Of a stretch of 64,000 nt of DNA, positions 50,548 through 61,380 are shown one piece after another (the first letter of the stretch is position 1; the number at the start of each line of letters is the position of its first letter). The notes under the pieces were generated by a model. The model saw only the letters and a program-made list of their open reading frames with translations, made no database searches and was not told the origin of the DNA. Position numbers and translations under genes: made by a program. This stretch comes from Bacteroidota bacterium (GTDB lineage: Bacteria; Bacteroidota; Ignavibacteria; Kapaibacteriales; HRBIN21): NCBI GenBank assembly GCA_030550275.1, contig JAUQPR010000005.1, positions 19,899-83,898 of the forward strand, read 5' to 3'.

Positions 50548-53500
50548 ATGAGTCCGCAAGTTTCATCTGGAGGAGCAGCCGCCGCCGGCGGTATGGATTT
50601 CCAGCACCGCGTTGCAGCCTGGGTAGCCGTCCACGTTCTCGCCGAAAAGGCTGCAACCCCTCCGTGGGACCTCCCCGCAGCCACGGTTCTTGAGTGGTTC
50701 CAATGTGAGACCGGCCATCCCGTTGACGATCTCCTCGTGAGAACCTCGGGCAGCGGGCTCGTTTTCTCTCAGGTCAAGCGCCGGCTCAGCCTCTCGTCGG
50801 ATGCAGCTTCGGATCTCGCATCCGCCCTCGATCAGTTTGTCCGCCAATTCATCACGTGTCACAACAAGAGCGGTGGATCACGCCCTACGGATCGCCCCCT
50901 TGATCCCGCAAGAGATCGGCTAGTGCTAATCACATCTTCCGTTAGCTCTGAGCCAATCCGGGGTCACTTCGCGACCGTCCTCCGTCGGGCACGAAACCTG
51001 ACCCCGGGTCAGGCCCTCGACGAAGCTGCCACCAACGACGAGGAGCGCAGGGCGTTTTCGGTAGTCCGGGAGCATATCCGCAGATCGTGGCAGGCGATCC
51101 TCAACGCCGAGCCGTCGGAGGCGGAGCTTCGCCAACTGCTTTCCCTGATCCGGATTCATGTTCTCGACGTTGAAGCCGAGGGGCCAAGCGAGCGGGAGGC
51201 GAAGCACGTGCTCCGCTCCGCAGTTCTGCGCGATCCCGACCAAGCGGACCAGGCATGGACCACACTAGTCACTTTGTGCGCGGGCTACGCGGCGCAGCGT
51301 TCCGGTGCCGATCGCGCTATTCTACAACGCGAACTCCTCAACGCGGGATGTGACCTCAAGGTCCCACGCAGTTACGAAGAAGACATTGAAAAACTTCGGA
51401 AGCATTCTTACCAGATTTTGTCTGCCCTCGGCCATCTTGCCCAAATCCGAGTAGGCTCAACGACGATCAGAATTCGTCGGGCGTGCACCGAAGCGCTGCG
51501 CCAGGCGGCTGAGGAGGGATCAATCCTCGTCACTGGTGAACCAGGTGCCGGGAAATCAGGGGCTCTCCACGACTTCGTCGAGGCGCTTCGTGACGGTGGC
51601 AGGGATTGTGTCCTCCTCGCCGTCGATCGGCTGGCCGCCCAGAGTCTCGGCCAGCTTCGGGAAGAGCTCGGCCTGGAGCACGAATTACCTGAAGTTTTTG
51701 AAAACTGGCCCGGCCTGCAACCGGCGTTCCTTGTAATCGACGCGCTGGATGCCGCTCGCGCGGATCCCGCGGCCGCAATGGTCCGTGATCTCATCCGCCA
51801 AGTGGTGGAAAGGAACGGGCGCTGGCGGGTGGTGGCCTCCATCCGCAAGTTTGATCTCCGTTATGGACCAGACATCCAGCAACTGTTTGCCGGAAATCCG
51901 CCGACGCAGTTTGCAGACGCTGAGTTCCAGCGGGTTCGACACCTGAATGTTCCGCGGTTTTCCGACGACGAACTCAGCCGGATTGGCTCGGAGTCTCCGC
52001 CGCTACAACGGCTCATTACCAACGCCCCTGCAGAACTCCGGGACCTCCTCCGCGTGCCGTTCAATCTCCGCTTGGTGGCGGAGCTACTCGGCGGAGGCGT
52101 CAGCCCGGACGAACTTACACCGGTAAAAACCCAGCTCGAGCTGCTGGATCGCTACTGGCGGCATCGCGTGGTGGGCTTCGATGGCCAAGGAGACGGGCGC
52201 GAGGCGATCTTGCGCGAGGTGTGCGAACGAATGGTGGAATCCCGTGTGCTCCGCGCAGACCGCGCCGCTGTCGCGCGCCCGGAGACGAGCGCCCTGCTCA
52301 ACGATCTCCTCAGTACGCAGGTCCTTATCGAGTGGCAGGCGTCACCGGACGCGCAACCTGACCGGTACACCCTCGCTTTCTCGCACCATGTTCTTTTCGA
52401 CTATGCGGTGGCGCGCCTTCTATTTCGAGGCGATCCCGAAAACGTCATGCACCGCCTTTCCGAAGACCCTGAGCTCGTGATATTCGTTCGCCCCAGTTTG
52501 GTTCTTCACTTCCGACACCTCTGGGACTCAAGTCCAGATCGTCACCCATTCTGGGAGTTGACCTTTCGGGTCATTGCTGACTCTGAGATTCCCGAAGTTG
52601 GGAAACTTATCGGCCCAGCTGTGGCTGCCGAGCTGGCTCGTTCCACTCGAGACCTAGAACCCGTCTGCGCAGCCCTTGAGCATGAGGATGAGGAAAAGCA
52701 CGGGCCTGCAGATGGCGCCATTCGCCACCTGGTCGGGGCTCTACTAGCTGGGATGGGGGGCAAGACTCTTGCAGGTCCCAATGCCGGTCCGTGGTGCGAA
52801 CTGCTGGAACGCGTCAGCCGGAGGCTCCGGCCATCGGTCGCTTACACCGTTCGAGCCCTGCTCGCAACCATGTGTGACCACCCTGAGAGCTTTACCCCCG
52901 AGCAGCGGACCGCCGCCGGACATACAGCGCGACGGCTTCTGGAGTTTGCATGGTCTCACGTGCCTAGGGATTCTTGGCTGGTGGTCCATGCGCTCCAGTG
53001 CGTTTGCCGAACGTTCGAGAGCGACCCCGCGGCATCTAGCCTGCTTATTCGCCGTTGTCTGGAGCCTGTGCACATTTCGGAGTTCGGCTTTGAAGAGATT
53101 CCTTGGCTGGCCCGAGAAGTTATACGGCTCATTAAGCTCGATCCGACATTAGTGGCGAGCATCTATTGCGCCGCCTTTGGCCACCAAGAGGAATCACAGG
53201 AGCCGACCCCCATCGGAGGCAGCCGCATCTTCCCTCTGGTTTCGAACCGCCGCCAGCACTATGAGAGCGCATTGTACCAGCTGGCCGAGTCCTTCCCCGC
53301 ATTCCTGGAAACGGCGCCAGAAGAGGCGACACGCACTCTTGTGCGTGTTCTGGAATCGTATGTCGGCCAAAGGCATTCTCAGCCCTTCCGTGAGACGGAG
53401 CAGGCGGTCTTCGACTTCCGTGATCAGCAAGCACGTCTGCTCGAAGATTACAGCTCCGTCTGGGACGAGGGAGATACCTACCGCGAAGAAGAGCCCATCA

Positions 53501-55536
53501 AGATGCTAGATGCCTTCCAGAACTTCCTGGAAGGACTAGCAACCGAAAAAGACAGCAAAAGCACGCTCCGTGCTTTGATCGGGATTTTCGTCTCGGAAAA
53601 CCAGCTCGCTGTTGCCTGGCGGCGGCTTCTTCTTGCGGGGGCCCGTTTTCCTGAAACCCTAGGCTTGGAGATATTGCCGCTCGCCTGGGCGGTTCCGATT
53701 CTTACGTGCCATGACACCACTGTGCCGGCTGGTGATTACCTCAAGGCAGTATTCCCGATCCTGCGAGGCAATCAGCGTCGGAAGATCGAACGGGCTATTT
53801 TGGGCATCCCTGACGCGATGCCGGCAGATCGGCGCGAGGAGGCCGAACAAGTTCGGGACCGGCTTCTCGGATGCCTGCCCCTCGCCGCCATCGTTACCGA
53901 CGAGGCGCACCAGAAATTAGCAGAGCTTCAAGCCCATAACGCTGTCCCACCTAATCAACCACCCGTGGGCTTAGAAGAGGAGTGGTTCGGCACTTACGGG
54001 GAGGAGGACTATCTCGAGGATCAAGGGGTCCCGGTCGAAGCCGAGGGAAACCGAAGGATCCGCGAGCTGGAGCGGCCGGTCAAGGAGTTCGCTGACCGGC
54101 ATCTCAACTCCACCCCTACCTTGGAAGAAGCCCACTCCGTGCTTCCGGCCCTGCGTGCCCTTTACGACGCTCTGGGTCGCGCCAACGCGGACGACGTACA
54201 CCCAAAGCAAAAGGACTATGCCTGGGGAATCCTCGCGCAGGGATGTGCGCGTATCGCAAGAGCCGAGGGTCTCTCCGGTGGCGAGGAGCCCGGCACGTTC
54301 ATAATGGCCGTTCTCCTCGAGGCGTGCCGCCACCATGAGCCGGTCCATGACCCTCAGTACGATGCCCAGTTCGACGAACATCCTTCATGGGGAAGCCCAG
54401 CAGCCAGGATCGACGCGGCCCAAGGGCTGATCATTCTGGCGAGTCACCAAGACTGCGCCACGCCATATGTCCTCAAAGCGATAGAAGCGCTAAGCGACGA
54501 CCCAGTTCCAGCTGTGCGCTATCAGATCGCTGCTCGCTTAGATGCCCTTTACCGGACGGCCCACGAGCTGATGTGGTCCATCATCGAGCGGCTGGCTCGT
54601 AAAGAGGCAAGCCGTGGAGTCCTTCAGGGACTGCTTGTCGGTCCCCTCAGCCGGCTAGTCGGCGCAGAACCCGATCGCGTGGCCAATGTTACGAAGGCCA
54701 TCTTCGAGCGGATCAGCGCCGGTCCTGGCGCGAACCGGGTCCGCGAGTTCGGCATGAGTATCCTCGCGGATCTCTACATCTGGCGCGATCATCCGCTATC
54801 CCGCGACGTAGTCCACGAGATCGTCTCGAATCCCGCCGGCTATCCCGCAGAGGCGGGTCACGTCTTGGGGCAACTTCGCAACCCCATCACCCACGGCCCA
54901 ACGGACCCCTCCGATCCCGAGGCTGACGCGATTCGCAGGCGGGCGCTGGAACTGCTCGAGCGTCTACTCCGCTCGTCACGAGACGGCCTCAAGGAGCTTG
55001 AAGGCCGTCATGCTGGGGTCGGCTTCGGCAAGTGGCCCCAGGCCGATCAGGAAACAGCTCAGTCGCTGATGCGTCTCATCGATGCCATCGGAAGGGAAGT
55101 CTATTTCGCCTCGGGAGCGTACGACGCCAAGAGCCAGGGGCAAGCACACGGCGTGCGTGAAGTCAGTCCTCAGTCCAAGCGGTTCTACCAGGAAGCCGGT
55201 GCGATCCTCGACGAGCTCACGGACGCACCCCTTCCCAGTGTCGCGCACCACCTGGTGGAGACCCTGGAGCACTTCATCCCCGTGGATCCCCGCGGTGTCT
55301 TCCTTCGCATCCACCGTGTGGTTTCAGCCGGGCAACAGGCAGGCTATCAGTACGAATCCATGGCCGCTGAGCTCATCGTCCGACTCGTCGAGCGCTACCT
55401 GGCTGAGTACCGGACGCTACTTCAGCAGGACGTCGCCTGTCGCAGGGCTCTGATCGAAGTACTGGATGTGTTCGTCAAGGCCGGCTGGCCGAGCGCGCGA
55501 AGGCTTGCGTATCGCCTGGAGGAGATTTTCCGGTAA
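50548..55536 (+). CDS. Large STAND-type NTPase with N-terminal PD-(D/E)xK nuclease-like domain (Avs/AVAST-like)
   Basis: N-terminal G..FQ...ET..PVDD...QVK; Walker A GEPGAGKS; Walker B LVIDALD; long helical/HEAT-like C-terminus (DPVPAVRYQIA). Confidence 0.75.
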   Translation: MSPQVSSGGAAAAGGMDFQHRVAAWVAVHVLAEKAATPPWDLPAATVLEWFQCETGHPVDDLLVRTSGSGLVFSQVKRRLSLSSDAASDLASALDQFVRQFITCHNKSGGSRPTDRPLDPARDRLVLITSSVSSEPIRGHFATVLRRARNLTPGQALDEAATNDEERRAFSVVREHIRRSWQAILNAEPSEAELRQLLSLIRIHVLDVEAEGPSEREAKHVLRSAVLRDPDQADQAWTTLVTLCAGYAAQRSGADRAILQRELLNAGCDLKVPRSYEEDIEKLRKHSYQILSALGHLAQIRVGSTTIRIRRACTEALRQAAEEGSILVTGEPGAGKSGALHDFVEALRDGGRDCVLLAVDRLAAQSLGQLREELGLEHELPEVFENWPGLQPAFLVIDALDAARADPAAAMVRDLIRQVVERNGRWRVVASIRKFDLRYGPDIQQLFAGNPPTQFADAEFQRVRHLNVPRFSDDELSRIGSESPPLQRLITNAPAELRDLLRVPFNLRLVAELLGGGVSPDELTPVKTQLELLDRYWRHRVVGFDGQGDGREAILREVCERMVESRVLRADRAAVARPETSALLNDLLSTQVLIEWQASPDAQPDRYTLAFSHHVLFDYAVARLLFRGDPENVMHRLSEDPELVIFVRPSLVLHFRHLWDSSPDRHPFWELTFRVIADSEIPEVGKLIGPAVAAELARSTRDLEPVCAALEHEDEEKHGPADGAIRHLVGALLAGMGGKTLAGPNAGPWCELLERVSRRLRPSVAYTVRALLATMCDHPESFTPEQRTAAGHTARRLLEFAWSHVPRDSWLVVHALQCVCRTFESDPAASSLLIRRCLEPVHISEFGFEEIPWLAREVIRLIKLDPTLVASIYCAAFGHQEESQEPTPIGGSRIFPLVSNRRQHYESALYQLAESFPAFLETAPEEATRTLVRVLESYVGQRHSQPFRETEQAVFDFRDQQARLLEDYSSVWDEGDTYREEEPIKMLDAFQNFLEGLATEKDSKSTLRALIGIFVSENQLAVAWRRLLLAGARFPETLGLEILPLAWAVPILTCHDTTVPAGDYLKAVFPILRGNQRRKIERAILGIPDAMPADRREEAEQVRDRLLGCLPLAAIVTDEAHQKLAELQAHNAVPPNQPPVGLEEEWFGTYGEEDYLEDQGVPVEAEGNRRIRELERPVKEFADRHLNSTPTLEEAHSVLPALRALYDALGRANADDVHPKQKDYAWGILAQGCARIARAEGLSGGEEPGTFIMAVLLEACRHHEPVHDPQYDAQFDEHPSWGSPAARIDAAQGLIILASHQDCATPYVLKAIEALSDDPVPAVRYQIAARLDALYRTAHELMWSIIERLARKEASRGVLQGLLVGPLSRLVGAEPDRVANVTKAIFERISAGPGANRVREFGMSILADLYIWRDHPLSRDVVHEIVSNPAGYPAEAGHVLGQLRNPITHGPTDPSDPEADAIRRRALELLERLLRSSRDGLKELEGRHAGVGFGKWPQADQETAQSLMRLIDAIGREVYFASGAYDAKSQGQAHGVREVSPQSKRFYQEAGAILDELTDAPLPSVAHHLVETLEHFIPVDPRGVFLRIHRVVSAGQQAGYQYESMAAELIVRLVERYLAEYRTLLQQDVACRRALIEVLDVFVKAGWPSARRLAYRLEEIFR

Positions 55537-55554
55537 TGGTAGCGAAGGTGCAAC

Positions 55555-56775
<1,221 letters not shown>

Positions 56776-56780
56776 ACGCC

Positions 56781-59672
56781 ATGAGCATCGGCGCCGAACG
56801 GACCGCGGTGCAGAACCCATTCCTCCGCTACGCCGTGGAGGTGGGCTGGACCTACCTGCCTCCGGAGGAGGCGACGCGACTTCGCCGGGGGGAGACAGGC
56901 CTGGTGCTGCACGAGGTCCTCGTCCGCCAGCTTCAGGCATTGAACCCGGGCGTGGTGGACCACCAGCGGGCCGAGGACATCGCGGGGCGTCTGGTGCGCG
57001 TTCGTCCCAGCATCGAGGGGAATCTGGAGGCCTGGGAGTTCCTCAAGGGGTTGAAGACGGTCTTCATTCCGGAAGAGAGACGGGAGCGTAACGTCCGCCT
57101 GATAGACCCCGTACGTGTCGAGGCGAACTCGTTCCACGTGACGGACGAGCTTCCTTTTCAGAGCGGCACCCGGCGTATCCGGCTGGACCTTGTCTTCTTC
57201 GTGAATGGGATTCCGGTGATCGTGGTGGAGACGAAAGCTTCGAGGCACCTGGATGGAATGACCCGGGCACTCGAGCAGATCCGCCGTTATCACGCCGAAG
57301 GCCCCGAACTCATGGCGGTGGCGCAGCTCTACGCCCTCACGCACCTGGTTCAGTTCCTCTACGCCGCCACCTGGAGCCTTTCGCCCAAGGATCTCCTCAA
57401 CTGGAGGGACGAGCAGGCGGGTGACTTCGAGACTTTGGTGAAGACCTTCATCGCTCCGTCCCGCGTACTGCGGGTGCTCACGGAGTTCGTCCTGTTCGTG
57501 CGGCGCGATGGCGAGCTCTCCAAGGTGGTGCTGCGTCCCCACCAGATGCGGGCCGTTGAGCGCGTGCTCGCGCGAGCGCGGGACCCACACAAGCGTCGGG
57601 CACTTGTCTGGCACACCCAGGGCTCCGGGAAGACCTACACGATGATCACCGTCGCCCGGCGCCTGATTCAGGACCCGGCATTCGGAAACCCCACGGTCCT
57701 CATGCTCGTGGACCGCAACGAACTGGAGCAGCAGCTCTTCACCAACCTCGAGGCGGTTGGTCTCGGGCATGTCGAGGTGGCGCAGAGTAAGAGGCACCTT
57801 CAGGACCTCCTTCGCTCAGACCGTCGGGGGATCATCGTCTCCACCATCCACAAGTTCGAGGGGATCCCGGCCAACATCTGCACGCGCACGAACGTCTTCG
57901 TGCTGGTGGACGAAGCACACCGCTCCACGGGCGGCGATCTGGGCAACTACCTCATGGGTGCGCTACCTAATGCGACCTACATCGGCTTCACCGGTACCCC
58001 GATAGACCGAACCGCCTACGGCAAAGGGACGTTCAAGGTCTTCGGCGTGGACGACCCGCCTCACGGATATCTCGACCGCTACTCCATCCGCGAGTCCATC
58101 GCCGACGGTACCACGGTACCGCTGCACTATGCGCTCGCCCCCAACGAGCTCCTGGTGGACCGCGACACCCTCGACCGAGAATTCTTGGCTCTGACCGAAC
58201 TCGAGGGAGTGAGTGACATCGAGGACATCAACCGCGCCCTCGAACATGCGGTCACCCTTAGGAACATGCTCAAGTCGCCGGAGCGCATGCGGCGAGTCGC
58301 GGAGTTCGTGGCGCGCCATTTTCGGGAAAAGATCGAGCCGATGGGCTACAAGGCCTTCCTGGTCGCAGTCGACCGAGAGGCCTGTTGCCGCTACAAGGCT
58401 CTGTTGGACGAGTATCTCCCCCCGGACTACTCGAGGGTGGTGATCAGCCCGGCCGCCAACGACCCTCCCGAACTTCGCGCCTATCATCTGAGCGAGGACG
58501 AGGAGCGACGCATCCGCGAGGCCTTCCGCAAACCGGACGAGCTTCCGAAGATTCTCATCGTGACCGAAAAGCTCTTGACCGGGTTCGACGCGCCGATCCT
58601 CTACTGCATGTATCTGGACAAGCCCATGCGCGATCATGTGCTGCTGCAGGCGATCGCGCGAGTCAATCGGCCGTACGAGGACGAGACCGGTCGGCGCAAG
58701 CCCTCAGGCTTTGTCCTCGATTTCGTGGGCATCTTTGAAAACCTGGAGCGCGCCCTGGCCTTCGATTCTCAGGACATTCAGGGGGTAGTGGAGGGCCTGG
58801 ACGTCCTGAAGGAGCGGTTTCGGCAGCTTATGGAACAAGGGCGCCGCGACTACCTCGGCATCGTGGCAGGGCTTTCAGGTGACAAGGCGGTGGAAGCTGT
58901 CTTGGAGTACTTCCGTGACCCGGACGGGCGTGACAAGTTCTACCGTTACTTTCGAGAGCTCGAGGAAGTCTACGAGATCCTCTCGCCCGATGAATTCCTT
59001 CGACCGTTCCTCGATGACTACCGTGCCTTGAGCGAGATGTACCAGGTCCTGCGCTCCAGCTATGAGGCCCGCCCCATCGCCAGCCTGGATTTCCTCAAGA
59101 AGACCGCTCGCCTTGTCCAGGAGCACACACATGGGTCCATGGTTCGGGAGCCACCGGCGATTTACGGGATCGACGTAGAGACGCTCGGTCGCTTGGCGCA
59201 GGACGACGCGCCGGATGCGGTCAAAGTATTCAACTTGCTCAAGGCGATTCGGCAGATTGTAGAGGCGCAGGCTTCAGAGCAGCCCTATCTGATCTCCATT
59301 GGGGAGCGGGCGGAAGCCATTGTGCAGGCTTTTCAAGAGCGACAGATCACCACAGAGGAAACGCTCCGGCAGCTCGTGGACGGACCGGTGCAAGAATTGC
59401 AGGAAGCGGAGTCTGCCCGAGCCAGCATGGACCTCTCGGCAGAAGCCTTCACGATCTTCTGGCTGCTCAGCCGCGAAGGAGTTCAGGAAAGCGAGGCGGT
59501 TGCCCGTCAGATTGCAGACGTACTGGACCGATTCCCACACTGGCACACGAGCGAGCAGCACGAACGCGAGGTGAGGAGGGAAATCTACAAGGCGCTCCTG
59601 CCGACCGGCGTCGCGGACCCGGTGTCTGTTGCTGACCGGCTACTGCAGGTCCTCCGCGAGTCGCACCGATGA
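56781..59672 (+). CDS. hsdR: Type I R-M restriction subunit
   Basis: RLDLVFFVNGIPVIVVETK nuclease motif, HTQGSGKT, DEAHR, FTGTP, LTGFDAP, QAIARVNR. Confidence 0.95.
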   Translation: MSIGAERTAVQNPFLRYAVEVGWTYLPPEEATRLRRGETGLVLHEVLVRQLQALNPGVVDHQRAEDIAGRLVRVRPSIEGNLEAWEFLKGLKTVFIPEERRERNVRLIDPVRVEANSFHVTDELPFQSGTRRIRLDLVFFVNGIPVIVVETKASRHLDGMTRALEQIRRYHAEGPELMAVAQLYALTHLVQFLYAATWSLSPKDLLNWRDEQAGDFETLVKTFIAPSRVLRVLTEFVLFVRRDGELSKVVLRPHQMRAVERVLARARDPHKRRALVWHTQGSGKTYTMITVARRLIQDPAFGNPTVLMLVDRNELEQQLFTNLEAVGLGHVEVAQSKRHLQDLLRSDRRGIIVSTIHKFEGIPANICTRTNVFVLVDEAHRSTGGDLGNYLMGALPNATYIGFTGTPIDRTAYGKGTFKVFGVDDPPHGYLDRYSIRESIADGTTVPLHYALAPNELLVDRDTLDREFLALTELEGVSDIEDINRALEHAVTLRNMLKSPERMRRVAEFVARHFREKIEPMGYKAFLVAVDREACCRYKALLDEYLPPDYSRVVISPAANDPPELRAYHLSEDEERRIREAFRKPDELPKILIVTEKLLTGFDAPILYCMYLDKPMRDHVLLQAIARVNRPYEDETGRRKPSGFVLDFVGIFENLERALAFDSQDIQGVVEGLDVLKERFRQLMEQGRRDYLGIVAGLSGDKAVEAVLEYFRDPDGRDKFYRYFRELEEVYEILSPDEFLRPFLDDYRALSEMYQVLRSSYEARPIASLDFLKKTARLVQEHTHGSMVREPPAIYGIDVETLGRLAQDDAPDAVKVFNLLKAIRQIVEAQASEQPYLISIGERAEAIVQAFQERQITTEETLRQLVDGPVQELQEAESARASMDLSAEAFTIFWLLSREGVQESEAVARQIADVLDRFPHWHTSEQHEREVRREIYKALLPTGVADPVSVADRLLQVLRESHR

Positions 59673-60001
59673 AACCGATGAAGAAGCGAAAGGATCGACT
59701 CAGCTGGGCGCCCCTTGAAGACATCGTCCCGGTGGAGGTCTTCAAGGCGGAGGTGCGTGCCTGGGCCGAGCGCATTGGCGTCCAGCCGCGTGAGATTCAC
59801 GTTCGGCCGATGAAGCGAAAATGGGCGAGCTGCTCCTCGAACGGCCGCCTGACGTTCGATCTTGACCTTTTGCGCCAGCCCTCGAAGGTTCGGGCAGAGG
59901 TCATCATTCACGAGCTGCTCCATTTGAAGCTTCCGAACCATGGCCGCCTGTTCCGCGCCCTTTTGAAGGCCTACAAAGCACAGCAATTGGAGAGCGATTA
60001 G
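59669..60001 (+). CDS. Short YgjP/DUF45 (M48-like) metallo-hydrolase
   Basis: [20 protein letters not shown]; ATGA-coupled to hsdR. Confidence 0.85.
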   Translation: MKPMKKRKDRLSWAPLEDIVPVEVFKAEVRAWAERIGVQPREIHVRPMKRKWASCSSNGRLTFDLDLLRQPSKVRAEVIIHELLHLKLPNHGRLFRALLKAYKAQQLESD

Positions 60002-60011
60002 GAAACATCCG

Positions 60012-60749
60012 GCGATCCGCGACGACGTGGCCTTCTTCCAAGCGGTGCGAGCAGCCCTGACAAAGCGAGCACCGGCAGAGGAGCGGCCGGAGGAGGAGCT
60101 GGACCACGCCATCCGGCAGATCATCTCGCGAGCTCTCACGCCGGAAGGTGTCATCGACCTCTTCTCCGCCGCAGGCTTGAAGAAGCCGGACATCTCCATC
60201 CTCTCCGATGAGTTCCTGGCCGAGGTCCGGGGCATGCCGCAGAAGAACCTGGCCGTGGAGCTCCTGCGGAAACTCCTGGAGGGCGAGATCAAGGTGCGCC
60301 GTCGGAAGAACGTGGTGCAGGCGCGGTCGTTCGCGGAGATGCTGGAGCAGGCCATCCGCCGCTACCAGAACCGGGCGGTGGAGGCAGTGCAGGTCATCGA
60401 GGAGCTCATTGCCCTAGCCAAGGAGATGCGCGAGGCGGACCGGAGAGGCGAACAACTTGGCCTTTCCGAAGAAGAACTTGCTTTCTACGACGCCCTGGAA
60501 ACCAACGACAGCGCCGTAAAGGTCCTGGGCGAGCCGACCCTAAAGCGAATTGCGCGGGAGCTGGTGGAGACGGTGCGGCGGAACGTGACCATCGACTGGG
60601 CCGAACGGGAGAACGTGCGGGCGCACCTGCGGCGCCTCGTGAAGCGGGTGCTGCGGAAGTACGGCTACCCGCCCGACAAACAGGAGAAGGCCACCCAGAC
60701 CGTCATGGAGCAGGCAGAAGTGCTTTCTGTGGAGTGGGCAATGGCATGA
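60012..60749 (+). pseudogene. C-terminal fragment (DUF3387-like) of a second HsdR
   Basis: Begins mid-domain at [16 protein letters not shown]; [40 protein letters not shown]. May still be translated from GTG 60027. Confidence 0.8.
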
Positions 60750-60756
60750 GAGGGGC

Positions 60757-60814
60757 CTCGAACAACGGCGTGCAGCGGACGGCGTCTCGCCGCCGCTGAA
60801 CTGGAGCGTTCGCT
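60757..60814 (+). mobile_element. attC site 1 (58 bp)
   Basis: CTCGAAC-AACGGCGTGCAGCGGACGGCG-TCT-CGCCGCCGCTGAACTGGAGC-GTTCGCT: imperfect palindrome with AAC/GTT ends and extrahelical bases, 7 nt after a stop codon. Confidence 0.8.
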
Positions 60815-61366
60815 ACCCCGGATACTTCCACGCAGTCAAAGGTACAGAACCAGATCGCGCCGGTGATCCATGTTGTCAAGCATTGCTTGCTGTTCTGCGC
60901 CTGAACTCAATCTGGCTGTACAGAATCGGCAGGACGGTAAAGCCTATCGGTCTCCTCCAGCTCGGAAGGAGACAGCTTGAAGAACCTTCTTCTTTCCCAC
61001 CTTACAGCTCGACTTCGCGTGGGGGAGCAAGCCTGCAAGTCACATCGGACTTTTGCTTGACAGTCGCAGAGCCGTTTTTTAAATTTGCAATGTAGGGGTG
61101 TGCAGTACATACTTGACCCCGACGGCAAGGGGGTTCAAAGCCCAGTCGACGCCTTGTGAACTAGAGGCGTGCCTGACGGCAGTCGGGACTACGCGCCGAA
61201 GTGTAGGTCACGTAGGCGGACTTCAGATGGCAACCAGATTACACAACAACCATCTGAGGAGCAAAGATGATGGAAACAAAGATGATGGAAACAAAAAGTT
61301 GACAACTCACCCGCCAGCGCATGTTATGCCGACAACTTGCGGTATAAGCGTGTTAGGTGGAAACCA
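60761..61366 (+). repeat. Direct repeat copy 1 (attC + promoter + leader + attI-like site)
   Basis: Matches 62757-63366 at an offset of 1996/2000; about 60800-61103 reads as identical, and the 3' half has scattered differences. Confidence 0.95.
61057..61087 (+). promoter_or_regulatory. Pc-like promoter, copy 1
   Basis: TTGACA-17 bp-TAAATT; the same bases also form the host-type TAAATTTG element. Confidence 0.75.
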
Positions 61367-61380
61367 TACAATAGTTCGGC
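61323..61380 (+). mobile_element. attI-like site, copy 1
   Basis: GTTATGC (-51) and GTTAGGT (-22) direct repeats precede the crossover ATAG^TTCGGC; no intact attC upstream. Confidence 0.6.

Noticed and set aside
60883-61128. 70-aa (+) and 73-aa (-) ORFs within the repeat, including a possible intI remnant
   Set aside because: No SD or recognisable motifs, they overlap the promoter, and no tyrosine-recombinase motif was seen in the frames read. Identity between copies simply reflects DNA identity.
61095-61145. 6S RNA or tmRNA (GGGG start; CTTGA-CCC/GGGTTCAA hairpin)
   Set aside because: Only a local resemblance: no long closing stem with a central bubble, no tRNA-like 3' end, and it is duplicated in an accessory array.
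60809-61374. Group IIC-attC intron or IS1111-attC element as the identity of the repeated module
   Set aside because: No RT or transposase ORF, no recognisable domain V or terminal inverted repeats, and the module starts at the R' GTT crossover rather than within the attC stem. A non-autonomous derivative cannot be fully excluded without a search.
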